This document shows positions 50,788 through 63,841 of a stretch of DNA of 64,000 nucleotides, one piece after another. The translations under genes and the position numbers were made by a program. The first letter of the stretch is position 1. The number at the start of each line of letters is the position of its first letter. Origin of the DNA: Amoeboaphelidium protococcarum X5 (taxonomy: Eukaryota > Fungi > Aphelidiomycota); assembly GCA_023515725.1 (NCBI GenBank), contig JALDTO010000300.1, positions 1-64,000 on the forward strand, in the 5' to 3' direction. A model generated the notes under the pieces. The model searched no databases. It was not told the DNA's origin and saw nothing but the letters and a program-made list of their open reading frames with translations.

Positions 50788-53700
50788 ATGGATGGTTCAG
50801 TTTATATAAACAATGATGCTTTTGCTGTTTACTCTTAGAAATAGTAGTCATAAGCTGCGGTATTTGAAGGAATTAAATATTAAATTTGGCGATTCCTCTG
50901 CAGTTCTATTCATTATCTATCTCATAAAAGTGTCCATTGTCATGATAATGAGATGACTTTGCGGAATGCTGCTGTATGCGTGTCTCATTTGTGTATTGCT
51001 TTAGAGTTGCCTGATAAATAAAAGAATATGAATTTAGATAAAAGATTGAAATAGGATTATAAAGGTTCTTCTTATTTAGATTGGTAGTTTATCAGTTCTG
51101 ATGAGTTGTAAATGCGCATTGTTTCATCTGATGGTACGCTGTAGATTGCTTAGATTTCGATTAAATCTCTGCCAGATTGGAAAAAGTAAAAGGTGAATGC
51201 CTTCAAGTTACTGTGTGATAGAAATTGGATTGAGTAGTTTTAGTTTAAAGTTTCAGATATTTTATTGAATTCCACCAATGGCGAACTTAGGTTATTCTTG
51301 AATGTTCATCCTGTGGTAGACACCAATGTTGATGGCGTGATATAGATTGGTTTCTTGGCATGTCGATTACTCTATCAAGACCATTCATTTACTGTTTATA
51401 AGTAGAATATTAGATCTAAATAGAAGGATATTAATGTTGAGCGGTTTATCGGAGCTATCTAGCCATCTAATGCGGATGATTCGGTGAATGATGTACTTTA
51501 GCACGATGAATTGGAGACATTTCTGCTGGACTTTTAAAAGCGCTCGCTGCAATGGATGCTGAGTAGAGAATTGGTCGTTGTTGACGACGATGGTCAGGTA
51601 CAATAAAAAAAGCAGCTTATCGCGGACTATTCCTGGTGTCAGTATAACAATGCGTTTGTGCAAATGTAAACTGGTATTGTTTCTATCGGTGGACGTCCAC
51701 AATGTGATTGTACAAAGTTTGGTGTTGGTGGAATTTTGGCTGAAGAGATGGGACTCGGTAAGACTATAATCACTCTAGCTCTTGTGCTCTGGCATAGAAG
51801 ACCTGATGAAGGCGTGGAATAAGTGAATGCAACCTCTAATAGTAAAATCTACTCTGGCGCGACTCTGATCTTTGTGCCTTCATAAATCTTGTACTAATGG
51901 GTGGAAGAGATTGAGAAACATACTCCGACACTCAGATACGCGGTGTATGATGGCATAAAGTCTGATATGTCAGATCAGGATTATGATGAGTATTTGCACC
52001 GAATATCCGAGATGGACATTGTGATTGCTTCTTATGACAATTGTGGTAGAGATTTGGCTAGAGCTCGTCCTGATAATGCGCGATCTAGGCGGCATGAAAG
52101 AAAGTATGATCGACCCAAGACCATCTTCACGGCCATCAGTTGGTGGCGTTTGGTTTGTGATGAAGCTCAAATGATTGAGAATTCATACTCTAATGCTGCC
52201 GAATTGACAAGTTATATAGAGCGGGTGAATACTTGGGCTGTTACTGGTACGCCATTTTAGAATCGATAGTCTTCTCTGAATGATTTGAAAGGTGTTTATC
52301 GATATCTTGGCTTAACAGATCTGTTCAGTGCAGTCTGTCATGATGAAGACTCTCTTATCGAGGCGACTCGGTTTATAATGCGGAGAAATGCCAAGTCTGC
52401 CGTGCAACAGGAACTCCATCTTCCCGATTAGATATCCCGTCAGTATATGCTGCATTTCGATGAGATTGAATCTGCGTACTATGTCTCTCTTATCACTGAA
52501 TTGAAGAAGCGTAATATCGTTACTGCAAGAAGTTCTGCTTCTGCGGATAACAGTGATGAGAACATTAACTTTAATGAAAAGAAATCTAATGAATTATATG
52601 GTTGGGTCTTGCGTTTACGCCAAACTTGTAGCCACTACTAAGCTGGAACTTAGAATAAGCGAATATTTGGCGAGACTTACAAGACATTGGATGAAGCCTT
52701 GTAGATTATGCTTGAAGGTGAAAGAAGTGAAGTATTGAGTATGAAGCGATAGATTATTGCTTTTAAAGTCCGCTAAGGAATGCTGCATGAAGTTTAGAAG
52801 GATTTTAACTCTTCCCTTGAGATCTACTTGCAATTGAGTTAGGATGCTGACTCTCAGATTTAATAGTTGTAATAGGATTTGATGTAACTGAAGTAGTTAA
52901 AGGCACGCGAGAAGAGATTGAGACTTGCAGATTAGAATGACAATGGAGATAATGTTGAAGATTCTTCAGACAGTGAAGCAGAACAGTTTGGTGATCTGAC
53001 TAGATAAAAAGGAGAATTTGTTGGTGGTAGATAAAGTTAGGACTTTTATCATATGGCCTAAAAGAGGCTGTAGAGCTGGTAAATGTTGAATCATCAAATT
53101 CTGTATTGTATAGGCTCCGTCTACTTTTAAAAGTAGGAATTAGAAATTGATGAGTAACTGAAGAAGGAATCTCATCTACTATCCGATAGCTATTATGATA
53201 AAGCTGAAGATCTTCGTAAGTCATTGACTCGCCGTGCTGAGATTAGGATATAGAAGTAAATAAAGTCTCTTGACTCCTATTAGAAAGACAAGTCTATCTG
53301 TGATGACAAGGTGGCAGATTAGTTGAATTGCCCACCGCCGGTTATTGGTGGTGGATTATAGACACAACAAGTTTACGCGTATATCCTCATGGTTATCGAA
53401 TGGTTGAATGATTAGGCTGTACAAATTTAGACATTTAGACAAAATTCTATAAAAGGAGCCTGTGATGGTCTTCATCAAAACTATGCTGAGGATGCTGTGA
53501 ATTAGGACCACGGTCATATGAATCAAGACTTTTATGCAGCATGTTTGAGTATAAGGAAGCAGATGGTTTCTGGTATAGTTTCTATCACGGAGAGACAGAT
53601 TATGGCGCTAAATGATTCGGTTTAAATGAAGCAGATAGATTAACAGGAGGATACATCACCTGGTGTCTCGATTAAGCTACCTGGTGAACTGCAATAACCA

Positions 53701-55062
53701 CTTGAAGTAAATTTGCCTCTTTGCGTCAAGGAATTGAAGATTTTGAAATAGAGAGTGAACATTGCAGACGAGGAAAGAGAGATAATCAAGTAGCTCTTGG
53801 ACTGCATTGCAGATATGCAGTAGACTCAATCGGAAGTTCTGTAGTTGTTAGAGGGAGAGGCTTCTCAGCTTTCTAAAATTTGGAATCGAAGAATTCAATT
53901 TTATACAATTCTATAGAAGCTATCTGATTAGGTGGTGCTTCCTGTAGTTTCTGGCGAAGATGTCGCTCTGAGATGCTCAAACTAAATCAATGAAATTGCA
54001 ATGTAAATTGAATAGGTGAATGATACCTTGCTTGGCCATCAAAGCAAGCTGAATTACCTCTAGAATCTTGTTGAATCGTCTGTCACTAATCTTAGTGCTC
54101 AATAGTCTGTTGGGAGTGGTGGCAGTGATAGATTGTGTGAGATTTGCCATGATCAATTGAGTGATGAACTAATGATTGCTCCATGTGGTCATATATTCCA
54201 TAAAGAATGCTTATCTACTTGGCTAAAGATTAAGTTGCTATGCCCTCTTTGTAAGCGACGCATAATGCTGAGTGAAGTTAAGGAAGTCTCAGATTCCCAG
54301 CGATAGCTGACATCTCTTGGTATTGCGTCTTCTAACTCTAAGGCTTTCTAAATCATCGCGAAGGATAGTCAAGTACGCGACTTATTAGACACTGTCAGGC
54401 GAGTGTCATTGAGGGGCTCATTCGGTACAAAAGTCAACATGATATCCAAGCACATTAAGCTCATCATAACCGAAAGTCCGGGTCAGAAGATTGTTCTATT
54501 TAGTCAGTGGGCGGATATATTGAACTTGTTCTAGACTGCGTTCTCATAAAATGATATCAAAGGACTCCGATTGGATCCATCACTGCCCAAGAAGTAGAGA
54601 TCTTTGGCGATTCAGTAATTCAAGGAGGATTACTCTTGTTATGTCCTAATGTTAAACTCGAGGAGCTAATCTTCTGGACTTACTCTGACGTGTGCCACTC
54701 ATGTGTTCATTGTTGAACCGAGCCTGAATCTGGCGATGGAGCAGTAGGCGCTCGCAAGAGTTCACCGCTTGGGTTAGAAGAATGTCACCCACGCGCATTA
54801 CTACGTTATTAGTGATTCCATTGAAGAAGAGATTTTGCTAATGAGAGGCAATAGTTAGAGCGGTAGCAGTGTGAAATCTGAGAATGCGCAGAACAACAAA
54901 GAGGCTATAGATTAATCAGTAGCTGTGCGTCTTTTATAGAGAGAATTGGTACGACTCGATACTTAAGGCCGTGACAGCTCCATTTCCTCATCAAGATCTC
55001 AACTAAGTGAAGGACAACGATTACTACGTCTAGCAGCATCAGAATCAAGAAATTAGCAATGA
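50788..55062 (+). CDS. SHPRH: SNF2 helicase-RING E3 ligase, SHPRH/Irc20-like, ~1424 aa
   Basis: LLDFQKRSLQWMLSRE, GGILAEEMGLGKT, WWRLVCDEAQM, AVTGTP, RLRQTCSH, RING CEICH...CGHIFHKECL...CPLCK, GSFGTKV, KIVLFSQW, QALARVHRLGQ. Confidence 0.9.
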
Positions 55063-55166
55063 AAACATGTATAAATAACAATAACAATTAAATCTAGATC
55101 CTCAATTAAACTCATGATATATACTATTTCAGGTGATGATGTTGTTGATATAACACATCGACCCAT

Positions 55167-55832
55167 TCAAGCCATGATTGCCGTCAAAATGATCAGCGCC
55201 GCAAATACAGCAATACCAACAACGAAAAATGATCCGACAATAACACCAATTACAGTGAGGATAGCCAGGATTGGGTAAATGACAAGCCACTTGATGACTT
55301 ACCAGATGGCTTTACCCACACCACGTTTCTACAGTTGGCCCGATTGATTACTGGCCATCAGAGATCTCTCCTGCTGTTCATACTCGTTGAATTACGCGTC
55401 TAGTTCAGAGCACTGGGGATTCTATAAATTCTATTCAGAAGAACAAAACTATTTCAGCTACTACTTGGCCTATTTAACCAAGCCAGCAGATTTTCGAGCT
55501 TATCTAAATGAAATCTAATCAACATTAGTATTAGCAGTGCGTTAATCCAAAAGGAAACAGAATTCTTCTAATGATACTGCACCATCACCATTCACATCTA
55601 GGCCAGATAGCTGCGATTAATCTACTCCATACTGCTGCAGCGACGATAACTATTGCAATGGTATTAGCTACTAGCCATTAGCCATGCCATTAAACAGATT
55701 TTCACATAGGTCCATCAGCTTCGACTCCCCACCCATTACAGACAGCAGTGATCGGCTCTACGCGTCCTATGCACTGCTCAATACTGTCAATACAGCCAGA
55801 AGTATGGTCAATACTAGCAATCGCATATTCAT
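55167..55832 (-). CDS. Secreted/membrane pre-pro-protein: signal peptide, EF-hand, LQKR site, 51-aa hydrophobic C-terminal peptide (221 aa)
   Basis: MNMRLLVLTILLAVLTVLSSA; LDVNGDGAVSLEEF; QLQKR|GVGKAIWQVIKWLVIYPILAILTVIGVIVGSFFVVGIAVFAALIILTAIMA-TGA. Absent from the ORF track. Confidence 0.8.
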
Positions 55833-56126
55833 TAATTGAATAATCGGTAAATGACAATACAAAATCACTTAATAAATAAAGGGATGAATGACGCGCCATT
55901 TCTAGGCATTGTAATTCTCAGGGGTATGCTATGTTGAGTGGATGTTAAATCGTACCGCACACTCAGTAGAATGCGTTAAGTTGCAAAGTATGGTGTTACT
56001 ATAGTTTGGAATTTACACTTAAAAATTAAAGGATATATTATCAATATTCAGGAACTATTCTTGAATTTAAAGTGATTAATAAAATGATTATTATATCCGA
56101 TATCTTGATCAAAACATTCACAAAGT

Positions 56127-56636
56127 TCACAATTTCTTATTGCCATGGTCATTAGTGGTGGTAACAGAAGCTTCAGCAGACGGGTGGTGCTCGCCAGTAT
56201 GAGAAGTCACAAACTACTTGGTGTCTTGAACAGCCTTCATAACAGCTTTAACCACGGCGCTCTGCTCAGTTCCACCTGCTTTAAGTTCTCCACTACCACT
56301 GCCACCACTTGGCACTACTCGCTGATAAGGCCCCACATTAAGACGCTGCTCCAGCGACAAGTTTCTACGCAACTCTTCATACGCCATCCCGAGGGAGAAT
56401 CCTAGAGCAAGTGGAATAGGGAAAAATCTTCTCCTAAACAGTAATACGCTGCTCACCAAGCCAACTCCAAGTCCGATGCCTCCATTCACAATACTCTTGG
56501 CAATGAAGATGTCATACGCTCGCTGCACTTGATTCTTATTTACAAGTTGCTTTTCTGTACTAGTTGTAGTAGAAGGAGTACTCTTATCCTTGCTCAGATT
56601 TTATTATTACTAATTCTATTACACGGCGGCAGTCAT
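56127..56636 (-). CDS. MIC10: MICOS subunit Mic10-like, with N- and C-terminal extensions
   Basis: YDIFIAKSIVNGGIGLGVGLVSSVLLFRRRFFPIPLALGFSLGMAYEE: two Gly-rich TMs linked by an RRR loop. Confidence 0.85.
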
Positions 56637-57037
56637 ATTAACCTTTGATTTTAAATAATTATATCGTTATTGAGAACTTTCGGTAAGATGAAAAGGAGAT
56701 GAGAGAGAGCAGTTGGGCGGTGACGGTTTGATGAAAAGTCTAGGTATCATGTCTATTTCTATTCGCAACTACAGCCTATAAGTCAGCTTGCATCGTAGAC
56801 CAATACCATCCAGCATGTCAAAGCTGCTAATATATCTGAACGCTCTACGACAAGCACTAATCAGGAATCGCGCTCCTCGCGGTCTGAAAAAGGACGATTG
56901 TAACAGGATATCCTTTATGAGAATACAGTATATCGTGATTGAGACATGTGAAACTGAGACTGTCACGTCAGAGTTATCTTAAAGCATTTATTTCTCTTTT
57001 CTGTGAAGTATTAAAAGCTTTAGCCGTAATCTATAGA

Positions 57038-58246
57038 ATGCGTATCGCACTAAATTATCTTGTTTTATTCACGATTGTCAGTGTATAGAAAGTCTTGTTA
57101 GCTAATCCTGCTGCTTCAAACCAACCGCGTGACTGTGATTACAATGCATTCAACGCTGCCGTGAAACAGACACCAGACGGTGTTGATGTTGTGACTATGA
57201 AAGCCCATTTCCCAGGATGCCTTAGTGAATCAGAATGGAATGAAGTAAACAAGGAAACACGCTTCTATTACATTGGTAATGTGGAGGGTGTTGCGGCATC
57301 TGAGACGGTGGAATGGTACCCATATATTGATATTGAAACTGATGAAGGCGACGTTGAATTAAATCTTGTACCGGGTGACTTTGCCATATTTCGGTATGAA
57401 GTGCGCTAAAAGCTAGGCGATGGTCAGTTTTCGAAAGTATACTCAGCGTTTGATCATAAAGAGCAGCAGTTGGTTGCTCTGAAAATCGCGTATTACGCAG
57501 AAGCCATTGATCAACTACGGAATGAGATTGCTATACTAGTAGACTTGAATCAGTTGTAGAATGGAGTATCGAACTCCATTGGGTACGACCCCGGACTTCA
57601 ATATATAACGCGACTATTGGACATGTTTGTCTGGAAAAGCAGTGAAGTTGCGGTCTATCCCATCTCGCTGCCAGTGGACTAAGTGCTGCCCGTGGTAAAT
57701 GCTCATTTATTTAAACAATGGACTTACGGTCTCATTATGGCTCTGAGATACATTCATGCTAAAGGTTATCAACACTGCGATATCAAACCATAAAATCTGT
57801 TATTCGATCCTGTCACGTATCAACTAGTAGTCTCCGACCTTGGTAGCGCTGAAAAGTATGACAACGTAAACGCAAAGGATAGTATCGGCGGCACTTTGGA
57901 CTATGAGCCTCCAGAAGCCAATTAAAATGTTCTACATGAACGATTTGATGTCTATGCAATGGGTTTAACGCTGTTTGATCTCGCCGTTCAGACGCATCCA
58001 TCGGGATAGTATTTCCCGGGAGAAGCGAGACGATTCGGTAGTGGAGAATTCCTTCAAGATGCGTATGCCATATTGGAGTACTTGCAAGAGAATGTGAAGC
58101 CTTAACTATTTTCTTAGAAAGAGTTGGTGCAACTTGCCATTATCATTGCCCATTGTATACGACACAATCCTCAGGAGCGTCCATCGTATGATCAGTTGTT
58201 GAATGTCGCGTTCACTCAAGGATTCCTCCAACTTGATGTTAATTGA
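57038..58246 (+). CDS. Signal-peptide-bearing protein kinase with DYRK-like N-lobe (402 aa)
   Basis: MRIALNYLVLFTIVSVQKVLLA-NP leader; PGDFAIFRYEVRQKLGDGQFSKVYSAFDHKEQQLVALKI, HCDIKPQNLL, SDLGSA, GTLDYEPPE, DVYAMG, PQERPS; no TM segment. Confidence 0.85.
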
Positions 58247-58280
58247 ACCAAGATTCACATAATAATAAAGTTATTTAATA

Positions 58281-58477
58281 AGGAGCCGAATCACAAGGCT
58301 GATAATCACATGGTCCCATATAAAAGTATGGGTGGCCCAATACTGTACCCTTGCGAGCAACAGTGTAAGTGTTACTGCTTGAGTAATCAACGAGTCCATT
58401 GTTTCCACTGCACCTGGGGCAGCTCTTCTCGCGTCCGATTTGATCATCTATATTGGCTCCCGCCACAGGCAGGCTTC
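58281..58477 (-). ncRNA. Candidate structured RNA of unknown family
   Basis: Closing stem GGAGCCAAT/ATTCGGCTCC, a GCAA-tetraloop hairpin with G-U pairs (58342-58364), a CCCATA/TATGGG hairpin (58315-58332) and a CCTGCC/GGCGGG hairpin (58459-58473). GC-richer island in an AT-rich spacer. Confidence 0.35.
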
Positions 58478-58601
58478 AGCAACTTAAATGTTCTTGACAC
58501 GTTTAAGAAAATGACACTAAAAACGTATGAATATGAAGTAGTATTATATTTGAAAAGGTAAAGAATGATATATGATACATATAATGATAGTCAGTAATCA
58601 A

Positions 58602-60428
58602 TCATGGTTATCGCGAATTTTCTCCAAGCAAAAAGGTGGCAGCCCAGGTGGCAGCACTGAACAGTGAGCTCATGAATGATGGCTCCTACTACTACTACTA
58701 CTACTGTTATTACTATTACTATTATTATTGTACACGCCGCCGTTCTTGTGGAATTTATTGTGCACCTCCCACCTGTACCTTAGTACCGCTTTAGTAAGTT
58801 TAATAGCCATGAGAGGTGTTAGACGACGAGCTACTATTATTGCTACCGACAGAACTACGATGACCGTCAATTGCGCTTTTACCAGCGGCAGGTGTATCAT
58901 GATTAAGTACAAAGTAATCTTCGGAATAATGTCCGCGCATGGATGGAGCAGTCCTGGCGTAATCATCAAATTCCACCACTTCAACCTCTGAACTGAATCG
59001 GAGTTTATTCTTGACCACAGCCTGCGGGAATGTGAGTTGATTCTACTGGATACTGTCCATTTGATCTACTTATTGTACGGTAGTACGTTCACTAAAAGAC
59101 ACGCTTTTATCATCTTACGGCAATGCAGTCTGAAGCTACTTCATCTTTACTTCATCCATAGTATGACCACTAGCACTTGATGTGGCTAATAGCTAGGTGG
59201 AAGTTGCAGGAAACTTTCGCGCCAATTTCATATCACTATCCAGCTTGAATCTCTTCAAATCTTCAATGACCGTCTTATAGGATCCCTTCTTCAGGGCGCT
59301 CTTCTTCACACCTGATGATGATGAGAAACTGCCAGTAGTGTGCTACTAAGAGTGTCCAAATTATCTCTGCTGCATCTAGACATCTTTGAGAGGATCTACA
59401 AACTATATAGTCGGCGTTATACGAGTCTCCACTTGATCGCTATCAGATTGAGAAAATGAATCGGACATTACAGAGTTGACAACATTCTCTTATTGAGGCT
59501 TCGTAGCAACTGGAGGCTGCGAAATCACCTAACCACACATCAACACTTGGGAGGTTGATGATCTTCTATGGTGGTTACTCTGCGCATCGCCGGCATGATA
59601 TTCATGACTACCATTTCCTTCCACCTGCCTGATCAGTGGCCCATACAACCAAGTTATATCTTCATCCTTCTTCCATCGCACGAATTCTGAATCTGGACGA
59701 ATTTTACCGAGTCTATACTTGGTCTACAACCACTTTCTCCAAGTTGCATTCTCAAGACGGATACCTTCTGCGTACTTTTTGTATGAATTCAATGGAGGAG
59801 ACGCTGTTCTGCGCGGTACAATATCGTCATCATCGTTACTCCGCACCTACTTCTATGACATCAGCATTATGGTGGCTGCTTGATCGCCTTGGCTGGTCGA
59901 CCGCGGCCGAGATTTATTCCGACGCGACGCGGAATTTGAGCGCCTGATCGATCGTTATTTAGTCGTGGTAGTAGTATTAGTGGTGGTAGATGGCGATGTT
60001 GATAATGAGCCACCACCACCTGACGAGTTTAATGCCTCATCAGCATCTTTAGCATCTATAGTGTGCTTATGAACATTCTTTAGCCTTGTCACCAGGGACC
60101 AGCTGCTCTTCAAGTCCGGCTCATTCCATTCATGTGAAAAGTAGTCCACATTGTATCCCAAGGCTTGAGCATTTGTGCTCGTTGGGATGTGAGTCGATAT
60201 CACTGCCACATTGCCAGCCATCATGTTTCCAGCACTATTTCCACGCAGCGAAGAGCTTTTTTTATCAATTGGAGATGTTTACTACCGAGACTAAGGTACC
60301 ATTTATTACGCCGAAAGCTTAACACCATTTAGCTTTGAGTCATCATCGCCGGCTCTTCTGCTCTCATCGATGCGAGTGCTTGGCGCAGCAGAGACTGAAA
60401 CAGCAATCTGTATCTATTCCTCAGTCAT
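58602..60428 (-). CDS. Reg1-like PP1 (Glc7) regulatory subunit (DUF1752 region), ~608 aa
   Basis: VDYFSHEWNEPDLKSSWSLV, GIRLENATWRKW, WKKDEDITWLYGP, KSALKK (SILK-like), RVxF-type KRVSF and KLRF motifs. Confidence 0.82.
58686..58730 (-). repeat. Poly-Gln tract (Q15) encoded mostly by TAA/TAG
   Basis: CAA TAA TAA TAG TAA TAG TAA TAA CAG TAG x6, in frame in the Reg1-like CDS. Confidence 0.85.
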
Positions 60429-60829
60429 GCTATGGCGGATATACAATAATATAATGGATAATATGACTGCAATAATATTCCAACTCTTTTCACTACTATT
60501 TAGTGATTTAGCAAGATGTCAAGAATAAAGTAATATTAGCAACCAACCAACAATTGTTATCTCGAGTTTGTTAAATTTAGCAGCAAAAGTTGCAAAATGG
60601 TCGTCGCCTGACTCGTGAGAAACTTTCCAGCATCCGATCGATCAAACGGTCGATGAGCGAGAAAATTGAAATTTTGATCTCAGCCATATACTTGATGCCG
60701 TCTTTTACTGGAATAAGAGCGAAAGGTAGGCAAAGGTTTGTTTAAAATAATGATACTGTGATAAAATGTGCTATTATTCATTCCAAAATTAGTTCACTCG
60801 CTAATGTGCCACCTTCTTCCGTAAATCGA

Positions 60830-63253
60830 TCACTATACACGAGCCTTCTTGGCTTTATTCTCAGCGCGGATGTCTTCAACTCTCTACGACTGTGCTACTT
60901 GAGCAGATTCAACCACCTACTAAAATTCTTCAAGCACCTTCTTAACTTTTGAATCGTCAGACAGTGAAGAAGTGATTTCCAACAATGCACATTTGAACCT
61001 TTTGATCTCAATCACACCTCGATTAGACTTGAGACCAGTGACGCGCTCACCAATAACGCTCCATAGATTCAAAATTTCAGATTTTAGCTATTTTGGACTT
61101 TTATTCATTTCAATCAGCACTCTCAGATACAGCAAATGCCACATCCAATCATGGTACGCTTTAGCAGGTAAAGCTTTATAAATCTTGGAATGAGAAGTGT
61201 TCATATTCAAAATTTGCACTAATAGCTACTGACAGGCATTACGAGCGTCTTGAGACAAATTCAAATTATAATTACGATCATACACTAACTTGAGAATACG
61301 CGCCATCTCTGGTAATTTAGTCTTGTCAAGACCGTTGATGGCAGCAAGCAACTAATGCGCAAATGGATCATAATGCTCCTATTCAAAGCCAAGTTGGGTG
61401 CAGACTTCTACAGTCATTTTTTAACATAATATTTACAGCTGTTCATTTGACGAGTGCTCTTTGACTGCTGCAACTGAGAGAGCAAAGGGAACGCCATCAC
61501 TTAAATAAGAGGACAACAATGAGCCCAAGGAGTTATAGTCCTTGTTGATAAATAGACGCGCAGCTTTTGCTGCAATTTCTTCCACATCAAAATACGCTTC
61601 TTTACCACTCAAATCAGCCAACAATCTTGAGATTAAATGTGCTGATAAAGATTGAATAGATTCCAACTACAGGCTTTTAAAGTATGAATGGACCAGATCA
61701 AAGCCTCCAAGCTTCTCAATCATGTACGTGATTTTACCATACATTTAATCCAATAATTCGGTATATTCTTTGACATTCAAAGCAACTGAATTATGTAACT
61801 AAGTTCTAGAGTCTTGTAGCAATTTCTGCAAGTAGGCAAAACTATCGTCATACTTTCTTGAAATAAAGCTTAGCGCATTTGAGAGAGCATACTCTTATTC
61901 TTCCAGAGTCAAAACGCCAATCTATCTGAGCATAATATCAATAACTTGCGTGTAACACTTTGAATCTTGAAATTAAGACATAATGCAGATAGAGTTCTTT
62001 CTAGTCAAAATACTAGAATTGACAATCTCATTCAATAAGCAGTAGTCATGCGGTAAATTATAGACAGCGTATAAGCAAAACGGTCCTACAAGAGACACCC
62101 CATATAATTTATCCGTATTCAGACCGCCCTTCATAACCTGAAAGTAAACATTATCAACATTCTACAATTCACCATAATAATCAAGGATAGCAATGATAAT
62201 TTAAAGACCTTCTAATGACGAAACTGAACGAGCAGCAATCTTTAGAAAGCCTTAAATCTCAACATAATCAACAATTGAAAATAGGTTCATAAAGCCACTG
62301 TCCACGCATTTGCGTTCTTTAATGATATACTTTTTCTTCTTGTTCATCTAAACATCCGCTCCATCACTTTCACTTGAATCGCATGAAGATAAAACTTCTG
62401 CGAACTTCCAATTATAAAAATTGTTAAAGTTTAACTTGAGATACCGAACGATTAAACGGCGATAAATCTAATCTGGCAACTAATTGATAGACTAAAGATA
62501 CTAAGTACAGCCATTAAATTTTGACCAGCTCATTCCTTGACACTCTATCCACAGGTAATCGATGAACAACTTGCGGCCTTAAGAAGACATTTAAAAACCG
62601 AATAAATCTTCCAATTTCAAAGCATTTTCAGGCATTACCGAGATTTTCGCATCAACCAAACTCTAAACCAAGTGTAAATGACCACGATCAGCTAGAGCAT
62701 CACGACGATAAGGCGTCAACTCAACCAATCTAACATCATCCTGAAGTGCAGCAATATCCACCACTCCATTGTTTTACTTTGCGGTAGACAGAAACGATTT
62801 CAATAGCCAACAAACTTCATCTTACGCATTACGAGATCCTACAAAACTATTGAGCCTACCATTGGCATATTCTGATCTAACTTGCCCCCTATTGAACTCT
62901 TTAATTACTTCTCTCCACTCTGCATCAGCAATCTCAACGGTCTCAACACGATTTCCAAAGAATTAATTTTGTTGATATGGATCATTATCAAGGTACATTG
63001 TGCGCAGACAATCGTGCATGAAATACATATAATCCTATCTAGAGTGTAAATTCAAAAATGTATGATCTTTAATGCGGAATGCAGCAAGTGGAGGTCCATA
63101 ATAATGCCAGTACAAATCACGAGTGAACTTCTTTTCCTCCCGCACAAAAGATTGCAGCCACTTTGTACTCAGAGACAATTCCAGCAAATCTTTCGGGCTT
63201 AGATGCTTATGCAAAGATACATCGGGCATGTAAAATAATTGATACAACATCAT
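60830..63253 (-). CDS. F-box-like N-terminus plus long helical region, hypothetical (~807 aa)
   Basis: Open frame under table 6. LFYMPDVSLHKHLSPKDLLELSLSTKWLQSFV resembles an F-box. Alternative start at 63337. Confidence 0.65.
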
Positions 63254-63841
63254 GATAATTACTGAGCAATATGCTTTGAGTGATAAAGATGGAATACAAA
63301 GGGATTGAGAGAAATTTTGATAAAATTTCAGTTTCATGGCGCGTTCTGATTGGACTTTTCGTTTCAAACGATCGTTTCAGAACATTAGACAAAAGTGATG
63401 ATCTTTCCGAATAACACTGGTTGTAACAACATGTGCATGTTATGCTAATTATCACGACTTGTCGAATGATTTTGCTATTAAAACGTCTTCTGTTTTCTAC
63501 TCACATGTCAATGCATCTCAAACAGGCCGAAGGACTTGGATACGTTGTTAATCTCGTTATTCACTTGAGAGACATCGCAGTTTACCGTACTTTTGTTGTG
63601 TCATCATCATTACGTGATCTTATGTCAAAAGTTCCTTACGATAAGTTTGCCAAGTCTAGGCTTGCTGCGTGTACGCGTCACTACTAAAATACTTCAAAAA
63701 TTGTCTAGCTTCATTATTCGACGATAATGAAAGTGCCCCGTATTTCCTAACCTCAAGCCTGGCAAAGTTAATGTATTTATTTGATAGTAAAATGCAATGT
63801 GTTATTATTAGTATCTTCACTATGTACGTATTGTGCTTCCT

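Noticed and set aside
55702-55899. ORF-track 65-aa ORF MARHSSL...
   Set aside because: It overlaps, in another frame, the better-supported signal-peptide/EF-hand gene.
58275-58561. Small Cys-rich ORFs on both strands
   Set aside because: The minus ORF lacks an ATG and is preceded by TGA; the plus ORF has no signal peptide or recognisable motif. RNA structure explains the region better.
61408-61436. Possible 29-nt GT...TGTAG intron
   Set aside because: The frame is open without it and splicing would shift it; it is far shorter than the other introns.
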